NCBI GenBank assembly: GCA_963796055.1
Contig: CAWCKH010000004.1
Location: forward strand, 3,360,001 to 3,424,000
Origin: an uncultured delta proteobacterium
GTDB taxonomy: Bacteria; Myxococcota; Myxococcia; Myxococcales; Myxococcaceae
Direction: 5' to 3'
Length of the DNA stretch: 64,000 nucleotides
Each line of letters opens with the position of its first letter. Within the stretch, counting starts at the first letter, position 1. This document shows positions 29,266 through 45,620 of the stretch, piece by piece. Both the position numbers and the translations under genes were made by a program. The notes under the pieces are model-generated. The model made no database searches. It had not been told where the DNA came from and saw only the letters and a list, made by a program, of their open reading frames with translations.

Positions 29266-29313
29266 TGGGACGGTGGTGCCCAGGGGACGGGTGACCGGGG
29301 CCTCGATTGCCCT

Positions 29314-31161
29314 TCAGCCGGAGGCGAGCTGATCGCGTTTCCGGTCCCGGTCTGCCTTGTACCGCTCGCCGGTGGCCAGCACGCGCTTGCGCATCCGGAC
29401 CGACTTCGGCGTGACCTCGACCAGCTCGTCGGGGGCGATCCACTCCAGTGCCCGCTCGAGCGACATCTCCCGGGGCGTGGTGAGGATGACGTTCTCGTCG
29501 CGGCCGGCGGCACGGATGTTGGTGAGCTTCTTCTCCCGGCAGGCGTTGACGTTGAGGTCCGAGGGGTGGGCGTTCTCGCCGATGATCATCCCCTCGTAGA
29601 CCTGGACACCGGCGCCGACGAAGAGCGTGCCGCGCTCCTGGATGGAGAACAGCGCGTAGGGCACGGTGTCGCCCTGCCGGTCGGAGACGATGGCCCCGTT
29701 GCTGCGCTTGGGGATGTATCCGAACCAGGGCTCGTAGCCGTCGAACTGCGAGGACATGATGCCCTCGCCGCGGGTGATGGTGAGGAACTCGCTCCGGAAG
29801 CCGACCAGCCCGCGCGCCGGGATGCGGAAGGTGAGCCGGGTCCGGCCGCTGCCGAGCGCGCTCATGTCGGTCATCCGGCCCTTCCGCGGTCCGAGCCGCT
29901 CGGTCACCGCGCCCACCGAGGCCTCGGGGACGTCGCAGACCATCAGCTCCATCGGTTCGTGGATCTGCCCGTCCACCTCGCGGGTGAGGGGCTCCGGGTT
30001 GCTGGCGGTGAGCTCATACCCCTCGCGGCGCATCGTCTCGATGATGACCGCCAGCTGCAACTCGCCGCGGCCGACCACCCGGAAGGCGTCCGGGGTCTCG
30101 GTGTCCTCCACCCGGATGGACACGTTCCGGTACGCCTCGCGGTACAGGCGCTCGCGGAGATTTCGGGAGGTGACGTACTTCCCCTCGCGACCGGCGAGCG
30201 GACCGTCATTGACCCGGAAGACCATCATCATGGTGGGCTCGTCCACCGTGATCCGGGGGAGAGCGACGGGCGACTCCGGATCGGCCAGGGTGTCGCCGAT
30301 GCTCACCCCCTCGATCCCGGCGACGCTGACCAGCTCGCCGGGCCCGGCGTCGTCGATCTCCACCCGCTTCAGGCCGCTGAAGCCGTAGAGCTTGAGGACC
30401 TTGCCCTGCTCGACCTTGTTCCCCTCGCGCACCACCGCCAGTGGCGCGCCGGAGACGATGCGGCCCGAGTGCACCCGCCCGATGGCCAGACGGCCCACGT
30501 AGTCGTCGTAGTCCAGGTTGGCGACCAGCAGGCGCAGCCGGTCCTCGCCCTCCGCCGGGGCCGGCGGAGGTGGAATGTGAGAGAGGATCGACTCGAACAG
30601 CGGCCGGAGGTCCGTTCCCGGCTGGGCGAGCGACGGAGAGGCCTGGCCCTGGCGGGCGACGGCATACAGCACCGGGAAATCGATCTGCGATTCGTCCGCC
30701 CCGAGGTCGATGTACAGCGAGTAGACCTGGTCCAGCACCTCGCGGGGGCGGGCGTCCTGTCGGTCGATCTTGTTGATCACCAGCACCGTCTTCAGGCCCA
30801 TCGCCAGCGCCTTGGAGAGCACGAAGCGGGTCTGGGGAAGGGGGCCCTCGGCGGCGTCGACCAGGAGCAGCACCCCGTCCACCAGCCGGAGCCCCCGCTC
30901 GACCTCACCCCCGAAGTCGGCGTGGCCCGGGGTGTCGATGATGTTGATCTGGTGCCCGCGGTACTGAACCGCGGTGTTCTTGGCCAGGATGGTGATGCCC
31001 TTCTCGCGCTCGAGGTCGTTCGAGTCCATGACCCGCTCGACCAGGGCCTCGTTGGAGCGGAACACGCCCGCCTGGCGCAGCATGTGGTCGACCAGGGTGG
31101 TCTTCCCGTGATCGACGTGGGCCACGATGGCCACGTTCCGGATGTTCTCGCGGGGAATCAT
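29314..31161 (-). CDS. typA: Translational GTPase TypA/BipA
   Basis: [48 protein letters not shown]. Confidence 0.97.
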   Translation of the reverse strand: MIPRENIRNVAIVAHVDHGKTTLVDHMLRQAGVFRSNEALVERVMDSNDLEREKGITILAKNTAVQYRGHQINIIDTPGHADFGGEVERGLRLVDGVLLLVDAAEGPLPQTRFVLSKALAMGLKTVLVINKIDRQDARPREVLDQVYSLYIDLGADESQIDFPVLYAVARQGQASPSLAQPGTDLRPLFESILSHIPPPPAPAEGEDRLRLLVANLDYDDYVGRLAIGRVHSGRIVSGAPLAVVREGNKVEQGKVLKLYGFSGLKRVEIDDAGPGELVSVAGIEGVSIGDTLADPESPVALPRITVDEPTMMMVFRVNDGPLAGREGKYVTSRNLRERLYREAYRNVSIRVEDTETPDAFRVVGRGELQLAVIIETMRREGYELTASNPEPLTREVDGQIHEPMELMVCDVPEASVGAVTERLGPRKGRMTDMSALGSGRTRLTFRIPARGLVGFRSEFLTITRGEGIMSSQFDGYEPWFGYIPKRSNGAIVSDRQGDTVPYALFSIQERGTLFVGAGVQVYEGMIIGENAHPSDLNVNACREKKLTNIRAAGRDENVILTTPREMSLERALEWIAPDELVEVTPKSVRMRKRVLATGERYKADRDRKRDQLASG

Positions 31162-31250
31162 GAAGGGCTGGCCGGGCGCTGCCGCGGCGCGGCGTGCTCA
31201 TAGCGTGTGCCCTCGCAGGTCCGCAACTTTGCCTTCCCGCAGGGCCCGCT

Positions 31251-33503
<2,253 letters not shown>

Positions 33504-33558
33504 GAGGGTGCGGCGAGCCTCGTCAGCCCTGAAGCGTGACGCTCGGCGGCGCGAGGGG

Positions 33559-34470
33559 TCAAGACCTGCCCCTCCGCCGGCCCGGTGTGAGGCGACGGTG
33601 GAGGAAGTCGAGCACAGCGCGGTTCACTTCCTCCGGTCGTTCCAGGAGGGCGGTGTGACTCCCACCTCGGACCAGGAATAGCTCGGCAGAGGGGATCTCC
33701 AGGGCCATGCGCCGCGAGAGCCAGGTGGGGGTGAAGCGGTCGCGGTCTCCGGCGACGATCAAGGTGGGCACGTCCACGGCCGACAGGTGGTCCTCGGCCC
33801 CGTGCTCGGCGGCGGCCTGCATGGAGCGGAGGAAGAAGCGGGGGTCCATCCGCTCGACGTGCTCGAAGTAGGGCTGGAGGTCGCTGCGTCGGAGCAGGCT
33901 GGCGTTGACCTCGACCGACATCGCCACCTCCATCGCCAGTCCGCTCCGGACTCCGACCCGGGTGAGCGCGGCGGCCATGCGCGGGAATCGCTCGGCGCCC
34001 TTCCGGAGCGACGGCAGCGCGCGGCGGAGCAGGGTGGTGTCGTGGAATGTGTCCAGGGGGTGGCCGGAGCTGCCGGAGACCAGCACCAGCCCCCGGACGC
34101 GGGCGGGGTGCTGCCGGTGGAACTCGAGCGCCAGCTGCACGCCCATGCTGTGCCCGACGACGACCGCGCTGCGCACGCGCACGGCGTCGAGCACCGCCGC
34201 GAGGTCATCGGCGAACTGGGGGATGGAGGGCGCGACGCCCGGAGGCGGCAGCGGTGACTCGCCGTGGCCGCGGTAATGCCAGTGGACCACGCGGTGGTGC
34301 TCGGCGAGCGCGGGGCGGAGGTACTTCCAGGCGAAGCCGTCGCAGGCCAGGCCGTCGCAGAGGACCATGGTCGAACGGCCGCTCCCCTCGACCTCGACGT
34401 GGACCTCCGCGCCATCCGGTCGCGCGACGCGGAAGGTCCTGGGAGCGCCCCGGACGGGCGGCGAGGGCAT
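33559..34470 (-). CDS. Alpha/beta fold hydrolase
   Basis: WHYRGHG, GHSMG nucleophile, GDRD, GSHT. Confidence 0.9.
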   Translation of the reverse strand: MPSPPVRGAPRTFRVARPDGAEVHVEVEGSGRSTMVLCDGLACDGFAWKYLRPALAEHHRVVHWHYRGHGESPLPPPGVAPSIPQFADDLAAVLDAVRVRSAVVVGHSMGVQLALEFHRQHPARVRGLVLVSGSSGHPLDTFHDTTLLRRALPSLRKGAERFPRMAAALTRVGVRSGLAMEVAMSVEVNASLLRRSDLQPYFEHVERMDPRFFLRSMQAAAEHGAEDHLSAVDVPTLIVAGDRDRFTPTWLSRRMALEIPSAELFLVRGGSHTALLERPEEVNRAVLDFLHRRLTPGRRRGRS

Positions 34471-34523
34471 GGCGTCGCGACTCACCGGGCCATAGTGTAA
34501 CGAGGAGCACCGAGCACTCCCAC

Positions 34524-35489
34524 GTGACCCACGTCCATCCCCATCCGGCGTCGTTCGAGGAACACCCTCATCCGGCGGACCATGCCCAGCCGTGCGACAG
34601 TCCCGGCACCCGGGCCGCGGACCTGGGGCGGACGCGGGACGCCCGGCGAATGACCGCGGCGCTGCTGCTCACCTGCCTGATCGCGGTGGTCGAGGCGGTC
34701 GGGGGCTGGCTCACCCACTCGCTGGCCCTGCTCTCGGACGCCGGCCACATGTGGACCGACGTCTCGGCGCTCGGGCTGGCGCTGCTCGCGGCCTGGTTCG
34801 CCGGCCGTCCGGCCAATCGCAGGCGGACCTACGGCTACGTGCGGCTGGAGATCCTGAGCGCCCTGATCAACGGTGTCCTGCTGCTGGCCATCACCGTCTT
34901 CATCGTCGTCGAGGCCCTGGAGCGGCTGAAGCACCCGGCGGTGGTGCACCTCGGCCCGATGGCGCTGGTGGCGACCGTCGGCCTGGGAGCCAACCTCCTG
35001 GCGATGGGCTTTCTGCGCTCGGGTCATTCGCTGAACACGCGGTCGGCGTTCCTGCACGTGCTCGGGGATGCGCTCTCCAGCGTGGGGGTGCTGGTCGGCG
35101 CCGGGGTGATGGCCTTCACCGGCTGGGCCTGGGTGGACCCGGTCATCTCCATCGGCATCTCGGGGGTGGTGGTGGTCGGCGGGTGGCGGGTGCTCCGCGA
35201 GGCGGTGGACGTGCTGCTGGAGACGGTGCCGCCGCACGTGGACGCGGACGGGGTGGAGAAGGCGCTGCAGTGCATCCCCCGGGTCACCGCGGTGCACGAC
35301 CTGCACATCTGGACGGTGGGGAGCGGGATGGTGGCGCTCTCGGCGCACCTGGTGGTGGACGAACCGAGCGCCTGTGAGAACGACACCATCCTGGTCGCGG
35401 CGAAACGGGCGCTGGTGGAGCGGTTCGGCATCGACCACAGCACCCTGCAGATCGAGAGTCAGGGTTACGCCGGCTCGGGAGCCGGGTAG
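34524..35489 (+). CDS. Cation diffusion facilitator (CzcD/ZitB-like)
   Basis: His-rich N-terminus, SLALLSDAGHMWTD, TYGY.RLE, AFLHVLGD, VHDLHIW, HSTLQIE. Confidence 0.92.
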   Translation: MTHVHPHPASFEEHPHPADHAQPCDSPGTRAADLGRTRDARRMTAALLLTCLIAVVEAVGGWLTHSLALLSDAGHMWTDVSALGLALLAAWFAGRPANRRRTYGYVRLEILSALINGVLLLAITVFIVVEALERLKHPAVVHLGPMALVATVGLGANLLAMGFLRSGHSLNTRSAFLHVLGDALSSVGVLVGAGVMAFTGWAWVDPVISIGISGVVVVGGWRVLREAVDVLLETVPPHVDADGVEKALQCIPRVTAVHDLHIWTVGSGMVALSAHLVVDEPSACENDTILVAAKRALVERFGIDHSTLQIESQGYAGSGAG

Positions 35490-35502
35490 TCCGGCGCCGC
35501 CC

Positions 35503-36063
35503 GTGCGCATCGTCGCCGGCACCCACCGGGGACGTCCGCTCGTCGGCCCGAAGGGGCCCGGGCTGCGTCCCACCGCCGACCGGGTGCGCGAGTCGCTGTT
35601 CAACCTGCTCGGGCAGTTCTTCCACGGTGGCGAGGTGCTGGACCTCTACGCCGGGACGGGCGCGCTTGCCTTCGAGGCGCTCTCCCGGGGGATGACCCGG
35701 GCGGTGCTGGTGGACCCCGGCGCCGAATCGGCCCGGCTGGTGGCGGAGAACGCCCGGGCGCTGGGCCTCGAAGGCTCGATCGAGCTGCTCCGCATGCCGG
35801 TGGTCAGGGCCCTCCCGCGGCTGGCGGCGGAGGGCCGGCGGTTCTCGCTCGTCTTCGCCGACCCGCCGTACGCCGAGGCGGCGGTGGCGGAGGTGGTGCG
35901 TGGGGTGGGGGAGGGCTCGCTACTCGCCGCCGGCGGAACGCTGGTGGTGGAGCACGGACGGCGGGAGGTCGTTCCGGACACACTCGCCGGCCTCGAGCGG
36001 GTGGACTCCCGGCGGTTCGGCGACACCGTGGTCAGCCTGTACCGGTCGGCAACGGTTCCTTGA
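35503..36063 (+). CDS. rsmD: 16S rRNA m2G966 methyltransferase
   Basis: RIVAG..RGR.L, RPT.DRVRESLFN, LDLYAGTG, DPPY. Confidence 0.92.
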   Translation: MRIVAGTHRGRPLVGPKGPGLRPTADRVRESLFNLLGQFFHGGEVLDLYAGTGALAFEALSRGMTRAVLVDPGAESARLVAENARALGLEGSIELLRMPVVRALPRLAAEGRRFSLVFADPPYAEAAVAEVVRGVGEGSLLAAGGTLVVEHGRREVVPDTLAGLERVDSRRFGDTVVSLYRSATVP

Positions 36064-36084
36064 CGGTCGCGCGACGGAGCGAAG

Positions 36085-36588
36085 ATGCTCCCCGCCGACG
36101 TGGCCACCGCCATCTATCCCGGCTCCTTCGACCCGCTGACCAACGGGCATCTGAGCATCATCCAGCGCGGGCTCACGATGTTCGACCGGCTGGTCGTCGC
36201 GGTGCTGAACAACCCTCGGAAGCAGGCGATGTTCTCCGTGGAGGACCGGAAGCAGCTCATTCGCGAGGCGTTCCCGGACCCGCGGGTGGAGGTGGACGCG
36301 TTCGAGGGGCTACTGGTGCACTACACCCGGCGGAAGGGCGTGCACCTCATCCTCCGCGGCCTCCGGGCGGTGTCCGACTTCGAGTACGAGTTCCAGCTGG
36401 CCAACATGAACCGGAAGCTGGACCCGGACTTCGAGACGGTGTTCATGATGACCGGGCAGGACAGCTTCTACATCTCGTCGCAGCTGGTGCGGGAGGTGGC
36501 CTCGCTGGGCGGAGACGTGGCCGAGCTGGTGCCCCCCAACGTGTTCCGGGCGCTGCGGGAGAAGTTCCCGCCGAAGAACGGCGGGTAG
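36085..36588 (+). CDS. coaD: Phosphopantetheine adenylyltransferase
   Basis: [34 protein letters not shown]. Confidence 0.96.
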   Translation: MLPADVATAIYPGSFDPLTNGHLSIIQRGLTMFDRLVVAVLNNPRKQAMFSVEDRKQLIREAFPDPRVEVDAFEGLLVHYTRRKGVHLILRGLRAVSDFEYEFQLANMNRKLDPDFETVFMMTGQDSFYISSQLVREVASLGGDVAELVPPNVFRALREKFPPKNGG

Positions 36589-36589
36589 C

Positions 36590-37463
36590 TCAGCTGCCGA
36601 GGCCCGCGCGCCGCAGCTCGGCCCGGATGCGCTCGACGAGCTCCGTGGGGACGGCCTCCGGCTCGAGACCCACGTTCACATGTCCGTGCAGGATCGGGAA
36701 GAGACCGGTCCAAAAATTCCCGTAGCGGATCCACACGTGGTCCAGACCGCCGCAGTCGATCTCTCCGCGCCGTCGGAGGAGCGTGAGGACGGTCGGGTTG
36801 ACCAGGAGCTCCTCGTAGCGGTCGGTCTCCTGCGCGCTTGCGCCGGCGAGTCCGGGGTGGGTCGCCGTCAGGCGGGGCGACCGCTCCCTCGTGGGGATGC
36901 GCCGGAAGCCACTCCACCCGAGCGCCGCCGGCTCGGGCGAAGAGCGGATGCAGTGGCGCCACCGCGAAGACCGGCTGCGGATCTCCGTTGGCGCCGGAGT
37001 GGTAGTTCGGAAAATCGATGGTGAGCGTGTCCCGGTCGTCCCGCGACCAGCGCGAGCGATCCGGCTCCCGGCACGACTCGGCATGGAAGAAGTGCGCCGC
37101 CCCGACGCCCCGGAGCTTCCGCAGCCAGAGCCCCATGTTCTGATGGTCCCGGGCGGTCAGCACGCCGCCTCCGGACCGCTGGAAGGCGTCGATCGCGCGG
37201 CACTCCACCTCATTGCACGCTTCGCCACCGTCCACGGCGAAGAGCCACAGCTCGTCGAAGTCCCGGAGGTCCAGCCCGGCGAGGACAGGGTCCCGCCCGT
37301 TCGCATCCGCCTGATGGTTCCGTGCCGTGACCTCGGCCAGAGGCGTGCCGTCGGACCGGCGCAGCGCACGGAGGGTCCCGACCAGCGCCGAGAACCGGCC
37401 CACGTGCCAGTCGTCCTCGGCGAACGGGATGCTGCACTGGACGAGGATGCGAATCGGGCTCAT
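36590..37463 (-). pseudogene. Apparent deletion chimera of two hypothetical genes (junction ~36850-36870)
   Basis: Protein-like from ATG 37463 (DDWHVGRF, GGVLTARDH, NYHSGANG, PAHPHEG); then an unrelated-looking C-terminal fragment (DRYEELLVNPT..RGEIDCGG..IRYGNF) in another frame with no start. Confidence 0.55.
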
Positions 37464-37667
37464 GGCCGTTCGCTCTGTAGCGGGAGCCACGGCGCCGCGC
37501 TCGGGTCCGATGAGGCGGCTGTACTCGGCCGGACAGGAGCGCTCTGGCCGTCGCAGTGGGGAACACCGGGAGGCGCGATCGGCGGGGCCTAACAGTTTGC
37601 AGGCGGATCCGGGGACCAGTCGTTCGCGGCTTGAGCCGCGTCGGCCCGGGCTGGTACGGGTGGTTCC

Positions 37668-38864
37668 ATGAAGCTTGCCCGCCGCCTTGCCGAGATCCAG
37701 CCCTCCCCCACCCTGGCCCTGAACGCACGGGCGAAGGCCCTGGCCGCCGCCGGGAAGGACGTGGCCGGGCTGTCGGCCGGTGAGCCGGACTTCGACACCC
37801 CCGAGCACGTGAAAGCGGCCGCCGTCCAGGCGCTCCGCGAGGGCTTCACCAAGTACACCGCGACCGCCGGCATTCCGGAGCTCCGGGCGGCCATCGTCAA
37901 GAAGCTCCGGGAGGAGAACGAGCTCGACTTCGGGCCCGACCAGGTCATCGTCACCAACGGCGGCAAGCAAGCGCTCTACAACTGCTTCCAGGCGCTGCTC
38001 TCGGACGGCGACGAGGTGGTGATGTTCGCGCCGTACTGGGTGAGCTACCCGGAGCAGGTGCTGCTCGCCGGCGGCCGCCCGGTGGTGGTGCCCACCCGGA
38101 TGGAGGACGGCTTCCAGCCCGACCCGGACGCGCTGGCCCGGGCCATCACCCCGCGCACCCGGGCGGTCATCTTCAACAGCCCGAGCAACCCCACCGGGGC
38201 GGTGCTCCCGAGGGAGAACCTCCTGGCGCTCGCCGCGGTCATGGCCGTGCACCCGGACGTCCTGGTCATCGCCGACGACATCTACGAGCGGCTGCTCTAC
38301 ACCGGGCACCCCTTCGTTGACATCCCCATGGTGGCGCCCGCGCTCCGCAGCCGTACGCTGGTGGTGAACGGGATGAGCAAGGCGTACGCCATGACCGGCT
38401 GGCGGGTGGGCTACGCCGCGGGCCCGAAGGCGCTCATCACCGGGATGCAGCTGGTCCAGGACCAGGCGACCTCCAACGTGAACAGCATCACCCAGCGGGC
38501 GGCCCTCGCCGCGCTCACCGGACCTCAAGAACCCATCCAGGCGATGGTGAAGGAGTTCCACCAGCGCCGCGACCTCCTGCACGCCGGCCTCTCCCAGATT
38601 CCCGGGGTTCGCTGCGCCAGGCCGGAGGGGGCCTTCTATGCATTCCCGGACGTGAGCGTCTGGATCGGCAAGAGCTGGAAGGGCAAGCGGCTCGGGTCGG
38701 CGCACGACATCTCCGAGAGCCTGCTCGACGATCTCCTCGTCGCCGCGGTTCCCGGCGAACCGTTCGGGGCGCCCGGCCACCTCCGGCTCTCGTTCGCCGC
38801 GTCCCGGACCACCCTGGGGAAGGGGCTCCAGCGCCTGCGGGACTTTGCCGCCGCGCTGACCTGA
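37668..38864 (+). CDS. aspC: Class I PLP aminotransferase (aspartate aminotransferase)
   Basis: [33 protein letters not shown]. Confidence 0.9.
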   Translation: MKLARRLAEIQPSPTLALNARAKALAAAGKDVAGLSAGEPDFDTPEHVKAAAVQALREGFTKYTATAGIPELRAAIVKKLREENELDFGPDQVIVTNGGKQALYNCFQALLSDGDEVVMFAPYWVSYPEQVLLAGGRPVVVPTRMEDGFQPDPDALARAITPRTRAVIFNSPSNPTGAVLPRENLLALAAVMAVHPDVLVIADDIYERLLYTGHPFVDIPMVAPALRSRTLVVNGMSKAYAMTGWRVGYAAGPKALITGMQLVQDQATSNVNSITQRAALAALTGPQEPIQAMVKEFHQRRDLLHAGLSQIPGVRCARPEGAFYAFPDVSVWIGKSWKGKRLGSAHDISESLLDDLLVAAVPGEPFGAPGHLRLSFAASRTTLGKGLQRLRDFAAALT

Positions 38865-38947
38865 GCGCCGGCATCGAAGGTCAGCCCTTCTTCCTCGGAC
38901 CCGGGCGGGTGGATCCGTCCGGCGGACGTGGTACAGGCACGCCTCCG

Positions 38948-42178
<3,231 letters not shown>

Positions 42179-42208
42179 GCCCGGCTCGTCTAGGGTGCGC
42201 CGCCCTGG

Positions 42209-42706
42209 ATGAGCGGCGCACGCATTCCCATCACTTCTTCGGGGCTCCGGCGGCTCAAGGACGAGCTGAAGCAGCTGCAAACCGTGGAGCGGCTGAAGAT
42301 CTCGAAGGAGATCGAGGTCGCCCGGGCGCACGGTGACCTCCGGGAGAACGCCGAGTACCACGCGGCCAAGGAGAAGCAGTCGCACATCGAGGGGCGGATT
42401 CTCGACCTGAACGACTGGATCGCCCGCGCCGAGGTCATCGACGTCTCCAAGCTCTCGGGCGACAAGGTGGTCTTCGGGGCGACGGTGAAGCTGCTCGACG
42501 TCGATAGCGACAAGGAAGTGACCTACACCCTGGTCGGCGAGCTGGAGGCGGACATCAAGCGCCGGCTCATCTCGGTCACCTCGCCGCTGGCCCGCGGGCT
42601 GATCGGGAAGGCGGTGGGCGACCTGGCAACCGTGCAGAGTCCGGGCGGGCCCCGGGAGTACGAGGTGGTCGAGGTGCTGTTCGAGGACCCCGACGCCGAG
42701 GAGTAG
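42209..42706 (+). CDS. greA: Transcription elongation factor GreA
   Basis: AHGDLRENAEYHAAKE, ISVTSPLARGLIGK. Confidence 0.96.
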   Translation: MSGARIPITSSGLRRLKDELKQLQTVERLKISKEIEVARAHGDLRENAEYHAAKEKQSHIEGRILDLNDWIARAEVIDVSKLSGDKVVFGATVKLLDVDSDKEVTYTLVGELEADIKRRLISVTSPLARGLIGKAVGDLATVQSPGGPREYEVVEVLFEDPDAEE

Positions 42707-42747
42707 GGGGGACCCCGGGAGTAGGCTCCTCGCCCTCGTCCGTGGCG

Positions 42748-45585
42748 ATGCCCTCCGCATCCTACCTCCAGCCGCTGGTCGCGCCGCTGCGCTTTCTCGC
42801 GCAGCGCGACTACGCGCGCCTGTCCACGGTGAAGGGGCTCGACGCGCTGGTGCGTGCGGCGCTCGAGGGCGCGCGGGCGGCCCGCTCCGGCAGCGACGTG
42901 CAGCTCCTGGAGCGCGTTGCCCGGGCCCTGGAGCGCGAGGGTCCCGAGTCACAGCAGCAGGCGCTGCGGGCGCTTGCCCCGCGTGTCCAGGACGCGGGAC
43001 TCGTCTCACCACCGCCCGGAGTGGCCTCGGCGCGCGCCGCTCGGCCAGCCGGCGGGGCAAAGAGCGGCCCCGGAGCGCGGGCCGTTCCCCCTGCGTCGAC
43101 GGACGCTCGGGGCGGCCGCCGGCCCGCCAGCGATTCCGGCCGGCCCGAGGTCCCGCCGAGCTCTGACTCGCCCGTGTCGACGGCACCGCGCGACCCCCCC
43201 GCCCCCAGTGAGCGTCCGGTTCGGTATGTGGAAGCGGCCTCCACATCCAAAACCGGTCGGCCGACTGCCCCGGGGGGTCGGGCCGACCGACAGTCGGAGC
43301 AGGAGCGCCCCGACGCCACGTCCCGGCCCGTGGCCAGCCCCGGGCGGGCGGGGAACCGCACGGGGGCGCCTCAGCTGCTGCTCGACGAGTCCCGCCCGCC
43401 CGGTGGTCGGACGCGACGCCCGGCTCGCCCACGTCCGCCGAAGCCCGAGCCCGAGGAGATGGCCCGGCCGATCGCCGCCGCTCCCAGCCGGGGACCCCTG
43501 TCCGAGCCAGTCGGCGGCGCGGGGATCCGGGTCCCGCCGCGTCTGGTCGAGGCGCTGAACAAGAAGGGCCTCCAGCGGGTGGGAGATCTCCTGTTCCTGC
43601 TGCCCCGGACGTACGAGGATCGCCGTCGGCTCTCGAGCCTCCGGGAGCTCCGCCCCGGGGAGCGCGGGGTGGCGGTGGGCACGATCCGGATGGCGCGGGA
43701 GCTGATGATTCGCCCCGGCAAGCGCGGCTTCCAGGCGGTGCTGGCCGACGAGACCGGCAGCATCGCGCTCACCTGGTTCCAGAGTGGCCCGTGGATGAAG
43801 TCGCGGGTGCCGGTGGGCAAGCGCCTCATTGTTTCCGGCGAGCTCCGGGCGACGCCGGGCGGCCGGGAGATGGTTCATCCGGAGATCGAGCCGGCGGACG
43901 AGGGGCAAGGCCCCTCGCTCCACACCGGCCGCATCGTTCCGGTCTACCCCGGCTTCGAGCGCCACGAGCAGCGACAGGTCCGGGCGCTGGTGGCGCGGGT
44001 GGCCGCGGCGCATCTCGGCGCGGTCGAGGACCCGCTCCCGGCCGACCTTCGCCAGCGCCTCGCGCTCCCCCCGCTCGCCGAGGCGCTGGCCCGCATCCAC
44101 CAGCCAGCTGCGGACGCCGACCTGGCAGCGCTCGAGCAGCATCGCAGCCCGGCGCACCGGCGGCTGGCGTTCGACGAGCTGTTCCTGCTCCACCTCGGCC
44201 TGGCGCTCCGCCGCCAGGGGGTGAAGCACGAGCCGGGCATCGCCTTCCACGTCGACGGTGAGCGGCTGGCCCGGGCGCGGGCGCTCCTCCCCTTCACCTT
44301 GACCCGAGCGCAGGCCCGCGCGGTGGCGGAGATCGGCCGCGACATGGCCCGTCCCGAGCCGATGCACCGGCTCCTCCAGGGGGACGTGGGCTCGGGCAAG
44401 ACGGCGGTGGCGGCGGTCGCGGCGGCGCTCGCGGTGGAGGACGGGTGGCAGGTGGCGCTGATGGCCCCGACGGAGATCCTCGCCGCCCAGCACCACGTGA
44501 CGTTGGCCCGGGTGTTCGGGCCCACCCGGGTGGAGGTCGCGCGCATCACCGGAAGCGGGACCGGGAGCGAGAAGCGGCGGGCGCGCGAGGCGCTGGAGAC
44601 GGGACGGGCGCGCATCGCGGTGGGCACGCAGGCGCTCATCCAGGAGGGCATCGCCTTCGAGCGGCTGGGCCTGGTGCTGATCGACGAGCAGCACCGGTTC
44701 GGGGTGCTGCAGCGTCAGGCGCTGGGCCACAAGGGTCGCCGGCCGGACGTCCTGGTGATGACCGCGACGCCGATTCCCCGCACCCTGGCGATGACCCTGT
44801 ACGGGGACCTCGACCTCTCGGTCCTGGACGAGCTGCCCCCGGGCCGGACCCCCATCACCACCCGGGTGGCGACGCCGTCCCGTCAGCCCGAGGTGTGGGA
44901 GGCGGTGGAGCTCGAGCTGCGGAAGGGTCGGCAGGCGTACGTGCTGTACCCGCTGGTGGAGGCGTCGGAGAAGATCGACCTCGCCGATGCGACCCGGGGC
45001 GCCGAGGAGCTCCAGACGAGGTGGCCCCACCGCCGGGTCCAGCTGCTTCACGGGCGCCTCAAGCAGGAGGACAAGGATGCGGTGATGGAGGCGTTCCGGA
45101 CCGGGAAAGTGGACGTGCTGGTCTGCACCACGGTGGTCGAGGTGGGGGTGGACGTGGCGAACGCCTCGGTCATGGTCGTCCAGAACGCCGAGCGGTTCGG
45201 GCTCTCACAGCTCCACCAGCTGCGGGGGCGGGTCGGCCGAGGGGCGGCGGTCTCGTTCTGCTACCTGCTGCCGTCCCCGGCGGGCGGGCCGGACGCGCGG
45301 GCGCGGCTGGAAGTTCTCGAGCAGAGCACCGACGGGTTCGTCATCGCGGAGAAAGATCTCGAATTGCGCGGACCGGGGGAATTCCTGGGAACCCGTCAGA
45401 GCGGGCTCCCGGAGCTGAGCGTGGCCAACCTGGCCCGGGATCAGGCGCTCTCGGCGACGGCGGCCGAGGAGGCAAAGGCCATCGCCGCGGCGGACCCCCG
45501 GCTGACCCGGCCCGAGCACCGGGGGCTGCTGCGGGCCCTGGAGGAGCGGTGGGAGGGGAGGCTCTCCCTGGCGAGGGTGGGGTAG
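42748..45585 (+). CDS. recG: ATP-dependent DNA helicase RecG with a long N-terminal extension
   Basis: LLQGDVGSGKT, IDEQHRFG, MTATPIPRTL, ERFGLSQLHQLRGRVGRG. Confidence 0.96.
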   Translation: MPSASYLQPLVAPLRFLAQRDYARLSTVKGLDALVRAALEGARAARSGSDVQLLERVARALEREGPESQQQALRALAPRVQDAGLVSPPPGVASARAARPAGGAKSGPGARAVPPASTDARGGRRPASDSGRPEVPPSSDSPVSTAPRDPPAPSERPVRYVEAASTSKTGRPTAPGGRADRQSEQERPDATSRPVASPGRAGNRTGAPQLLLDESRPPGGRTRRPARPRPPKPEPEEMARPIAAAPSRGPLSEPVGGAGIRVPPRLVEALNKKGLQRVGDLLFLLPRTYEDRRRLSSLRELRPGERGVAVGTIRMARELMIRPGKRGFQAVLADETGSIALTWFQSGPWMKSRVPVGKRLIVSGELRATPGGREMVHPEIEPADEGQGPSLHTGRIVPVYPGFERHEQRQVRALVARVAAAHLGAVEDPLPADLRQRLALPPLAEALARIHQPAADADLAALEQHRSPAHRRLAFDELFLLHLGLALRRQGVKHEPGIAFHVDGERLARARALLPFTLTRAQARAVAEIGRDMARPEPMHRLLQGDVGSGKTAVAAVAAALAVEDGWQVALMAPTEILAAQHHVTLARVFGPTRVEVARITGSGTGSEKRRAREALETGRARIAVGTQALIQEGIAFERLGLVLIDEQHRFGVLQRQALGHKGRRPDVLVMTATPIPRTLAMTLYGDLDLSVLDELPPGRTPITTRVATPSRQPEVWEAVELELRKGRQAYVLYPLVEASEKIDLADATRGAEELQTRWPHRRVQLLHGRLKQEDKDAVMEAFRTGKVDVLVCTTVVEVGVDVANASVMVVQNAERFGLSQLHQLRGRVGRGAAVSFCYLLPSPAGGPDARARLEVLEQSTDGFVIAEKDLELRGPGEFLGTRQSGLPELSVANLARDQALSATAAEEAKAIAAADPRLTRPEHRGLLRALEERWEGRLSLARVG

Positions 45586-45620
45586 CCAGGCCCGCGTCCC
45601 CGTTTTAGGTTCGGATCGGC

